Origin: a virus
Strand: one strand, 5' to 3'
Length of the DNA stretch: 64,000 nucleotides
Virus record (IMG/VR): IMGVR_UViG_3300029813_000255
Location: 16,612-80,611 of that record
Shown: in pieces, positions 61,280 to 64,000 of the stretch
Layout: the number at the start of each line of letters is the position of its first letter
How positions within the stretch are numbered: the stretch's first letter is position 1
Notes under the pieces: generated by a model
What the model was told of the DNA's origin: nothing
What the model saw: only the letters and a program-made list of their open reading frames with translations
The model's database searches: none
Translations under genes and position numbers: made by a program

Positions 61280-61320
61280 AGGGTCATGGCGGACTTGGCC
61301 TTGACCCTATTTTTTTTTTT
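61280..61320 (+). terminator. Hairpin plus poly-T terminator after the cytochrome
   Basis: AGGGTCA...TGACCCT followed by T11. Confidence 0.8.
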
Positions 61321-61359
61321 AGTGCAGTAAAAAAATCCGAGCGATAGACACTATAAGTC

Positions 61360-61389
61360 ACGTACCTCGGTCTTTAGACCGAGGTACGT
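61360..61389. repeat. Perfect 13-bp inverted repeat with TTTA loop (resembles an IS200/IS605 end)
   Basis: ACGTACCTCGGTC-TTTA-GACCGAGGTACGT. Confidence 0.75.
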
Positions 61390-61464
61390 AGTCTCTACGT
61401 GATTAGGCGGCTTTGAAAAAATGGAAGAAAAAAGCAGAAGTTATGAGTAAAGTTAAATGAAAAA

Positions 61465-62409
61465 ATGACACTACAAAAAAAGTACATTCCGGAAACATGG
61501 GATGAAATAATTGGTCAGTCTGAAGTAGTTCCCACCCTACGGCAGTACACCAGTATCGGAGAACTGCCGCACCTCCTTTTTGCAGGGACATCAGGCGTAG
61601 GTAAGACTGCCTGCGCTTATGTTCTTGCAAAAGAATTAGGTGTATCGTTGATTGAGCTGAATGCAAGTGATGAAAGAGGAATTGATACAATTCGGGGGAA
61701 GCTGAAGACGCTTTTGTTCACTTCGGGAGAGAGAATCATTCTTATGGACGAAGCGGATGCGGTAACTCCGGACGGACAAGCTGCTCTCAGACGACCTATG
61801 GAGCAGGCGTTACAAAGAACTAACAACCGGCTTATTTTGACTGTGAACAGACCGTGGAAAATTATTGATGCTATCAGTTCAAGATGCACGAATTTCTACT
61901 TCAAACCGCTTAGCAAAGAAGCATTAACAACAATAGCTTATCGCGTTTTAAAGCGTGAAGGATTGAAATTTAGCAGTAAGGAAGAGATAAAACAGATTGT
62001 TAATGCTTTGGTTACACATTCACAAGGAGATGCAAGGAAGCTACTTGATGTAATAGATTCTTATTCACATTCTAAAGAGTCACTACTTCAATATATCCAG
62101 AAAAAAAATGCAGAAGTTAATCAAATAAAAGAGATATTTCAGGCGAGTATTTCAGGAGACTGGTCTGAGTCTCTTATGAAGCTGGAGAGCTGGTTAATTC
62201 AACAACCTACAATGAATAGCTCGGAAATTATAGAAATGTTTTATGCTGAAGTGAAAGACCTTGATATAGCTTCTTTGTACAAGTTTCAGGTATATCAGCG
62301 GTTAGCGGATACAGAAAGAGCATTAAAGTTACAAACATCGCCTCTTGTACAAATAAGTGGTTTTCTTGCAAGTGTTATGGCAATAACACATTTTAAAGGA
62401 GGTGAATAA
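61465..62409 (+). CDS. rfcS: Replication factor C small subunit (clamp loader)
   Basis: KYIP..WDEIIGQ, PHLLFAGTSGVGKT, ELNASDERGID, DEAD, AISSRC, GDARK. Confidence 0.93.
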   Translation: MTLQKKYIPETWDEIIGQSEVVPTLRQYTSIGELPHLLFAGTSGVGKTACAYVLAKELGVSLIELNASDERGIDTIRGKLKTLLFTSGERIILMDEADAVTPDGQAALRRPMEQALQRTNNRLILTVNRPWKIIDAISSRCTNFYFKPLSKEALTTIAYRVLKREGLKFSSKEEIKQIVNALVTHSQGDARKLLDVIDSYSHSKESLLQYIQKKNAEVNQIKEIFQASISGDWSESLMKLESWLIQQPTMNSSEIIEMFYAEVKDLDIASLYKFQVYQRLADTERALKLQTSPLVQISGFLASVMAITHFKGGE

Positions 62410-62577
62410 AATGTTAGAAGAAATGTTAGAAATACTTAAAGAAATGAATGATAGTACGATTTATGAGCGCTTAGCAAAGGGGTATAGAAAAATGTATCTT
62501 GCTCTTATATCAGAGGGATTTAGTAAAGAAGAAGCTATGAGTATTTGTACTGCACAAGGATTAAATATAAAATTAAA

Positions 62578-63291
62578 ATGATAAACATACTACCACTTTC
62601 TCCGTCAAGTTTTTTAACTTTTCAAACTTGCCCTTACAAATTTTGGTGCAGTAAAGACCCAAAAATAATACCTTTACCACAGAAAGACAATATCTACGCA
62701 TTTTTCGGAAGAAACTTGCATAAGCTCATACAAGAATACTATATTAAGGTTATGCAAACCAAGGAGTTTGAGATTGATAATATTCATCCTACTTTGAGTG
62801 ATGTCATAGGTGAACAAACGCCTATTCTTGGTATTGAGAACATTAACAAGGGCTATACAACGCATCTCAGAAATTTTGAGGATTTTGAGGAAGACAGGAT
62901 TAAGAACGAGTGGAAAGTCTTAGGTGTAGAAAAAAGGATTGTTAACAATGGTTTAAAAGGGTTTATAGATGCCATATTTCAGGATAAAGAAGATAAGATA
63001 ATTGTAGTGGATTGGAAGACTGGTAAGTGGAAAGACGATTTTTTAATCCAGGGATATATCTATAAGCTACTTTCCAAAGCAGACAAAGTAATGTTTTTTC
63101 ATAGTTTAAATGGTGTTGAACATAATTTGACTGCTAAGGATTTGATGAAAGGCAAGGGTATGGCTCAAATTATTTTGGATCAGATAAAACAGGGTGTAAA
63201 TGAGAAGAGAAAGAACAGATTTTGTGGAGACTGTGAGTACAGCCTTGTATGTGGTCTTTCAGAAGTGGGAATGAAATTAGAGGAGGTGTAA
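62578..63291 (+). CDS. Cas4/AddB-like PD-(D/E)xK exonuclease with FeS cysteines
   Basis: LSPS..CPYKF, GRNLH, GFIDA, VDWKTG, QGYIY, CGDCEY..C. Confidence 0.88.
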   Translation: MINILPLSPSSFLTFQTCPYKFWCSKDPKIIPLPQKDNIYAFFGRNLHKLIQEYYIKVMQTKEFEIDNIHPTLSDVIGEQTPILGIENINKGYTTHLRNFEDFEEDRIKNEWKVLGVEKRIVNNGLKGFIDAIFQDKEDKIIVVDWKTGKWKDDFLIQGYIYKLLSKADKVMFFHSLNGVEHNLTAKDLMKGKGMAQIILDQIKQGVNEKRKNRFCGDCEYSLVCGLSEVGMKLEEV

Positions 63292-64000
63292 AGAATGAGA
63301 ACTATTAGACTTAATCGAAAAAACCACGTATTGTATGTTGGAGGTAGTAGTGAAAATATTGATGCTCTTAATAATATTACTTTGCTATATGATGTCAGTC
63401 ATGTACATGGGAGTGATGGTTGGTACGAGATATGCAATGGGAATGTAACATTAGGATTCGTTACAGATGTGGAAAATGTAGAAGAGAGATGGTAATAATG
63501 AAGAAACAACTAAATGGTGAAGAGATAGATTTTCCTCTACTTTCTTCCTTAAATGTTACATATATCCATGAAACACGTGAGTTTATTGATATTTATCGGA
63601 AATCTCATGGAAAGTATCAGCAAATATTGTTTAAAGTAAAAAGGCACAGAGGAAGGTTAGCGAGAAATAATGAAGTTGAGCGATGAAGAAATAGATTGCG
63701 ATTAGACGATTGTTGGTATTCACGACTATAAACAGTTTAGCTATTATAATATTAGCTTATCATATCTTCAATTAAGAAAGAGGTGTGAAGAATGAGTGAA
63801 GAAATCGAACTAAAAATGGAATTGAACAAAAGAAAATCAAATTTATGGAATTTCTATCTAACGAAAAAGAAAAAATCGAGAAAATCCGACGAGAAGGAGG
63901 AGTTTATGATTTCAAATACGGACAATATATAATTGATGAAATTCATAATATCACGATAATGTATATGGAAGTGTATAAAGAATGATAAGAAATCTAACAT

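Noticed and set aside
1134-62865. Most minus-strand ORFs in the track (e.g. 24637-25248, 55327-55830, 30834-31262)
   Set aside because: Antisense shadows of well-supported + strand genes; only 8588-8899, 11281-11901 and 11867-12103 were accepted
1-64000. Borg element or tailed virus
   Set aside because: No long intergenic perfect tandem-repeat arrays; no terminase, portal or HK97 capsid; markers favour a membrane-assembled virus

Overview
AT-rich, gene-dense, almost entirely + strand segment of a large archaeal virus or extrachromosomal element. It is most consistent with a spindle-shaped (membrane-assembled) virus of methanotrophic Halobacteriota, probably ANME-1/Methanophagales. Host evidence: PGF-CTERM tails, a multiheme cytochrome, a surface domain I recognise from ANME-1-type proteins, archaeal BRE/TATA promoters and GGAGGTGA Shine-Dalgarno sites. 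No HK97 capsid, portal, terminase, integrase, polymerase, rRNA or CRISPR array was recognised. Layout: XPD-like helicase (truncated at the window start); glycan biosynthesis/modification island (1.7-10.5 kb); two-helix capsid-like protein with a class III (prepilin-type) signal peptide beside a virus-encoded prepilin peptidase; morphogenesis block (13-39 kb) with HNH homing endonucleases, a 1170-aa basic protein carrying a nucleotidyltransferase domain, pilin-like small proteins and 1319-aa and ~2320-aa glycoproteins; small basic proteins (39-44 kb, including a CC1-like chromatin protein and a second nucleotidyltransferase); P-loop ATPase; ParB-MTase/nuclease/XPB module; serine resolvase; DNA MTase split by a DUF559-type endonuclease; structured ncRNA region ending in a tRNA-like element; 8-heme cytochrome c; RFC small subunit; Cas4-like nuclease. 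Top candidates for undescribed biology: (i) capsid maturation by a viral prepilin peptidase; (ii) a homing endonuclease that splits a gene and leaves apparently complementary peptide tails instead of splicing; (iii) two inverted paralogous modules of small regulator + wHTH + palindrome array + GCGAAGC (candidate origins); (iv) possibly virion-associated nucleotidyltransferases; (v) a viral sortase-anchored multiheme cytochrome. All family calls come from motif recognition by eye; no searches were run.
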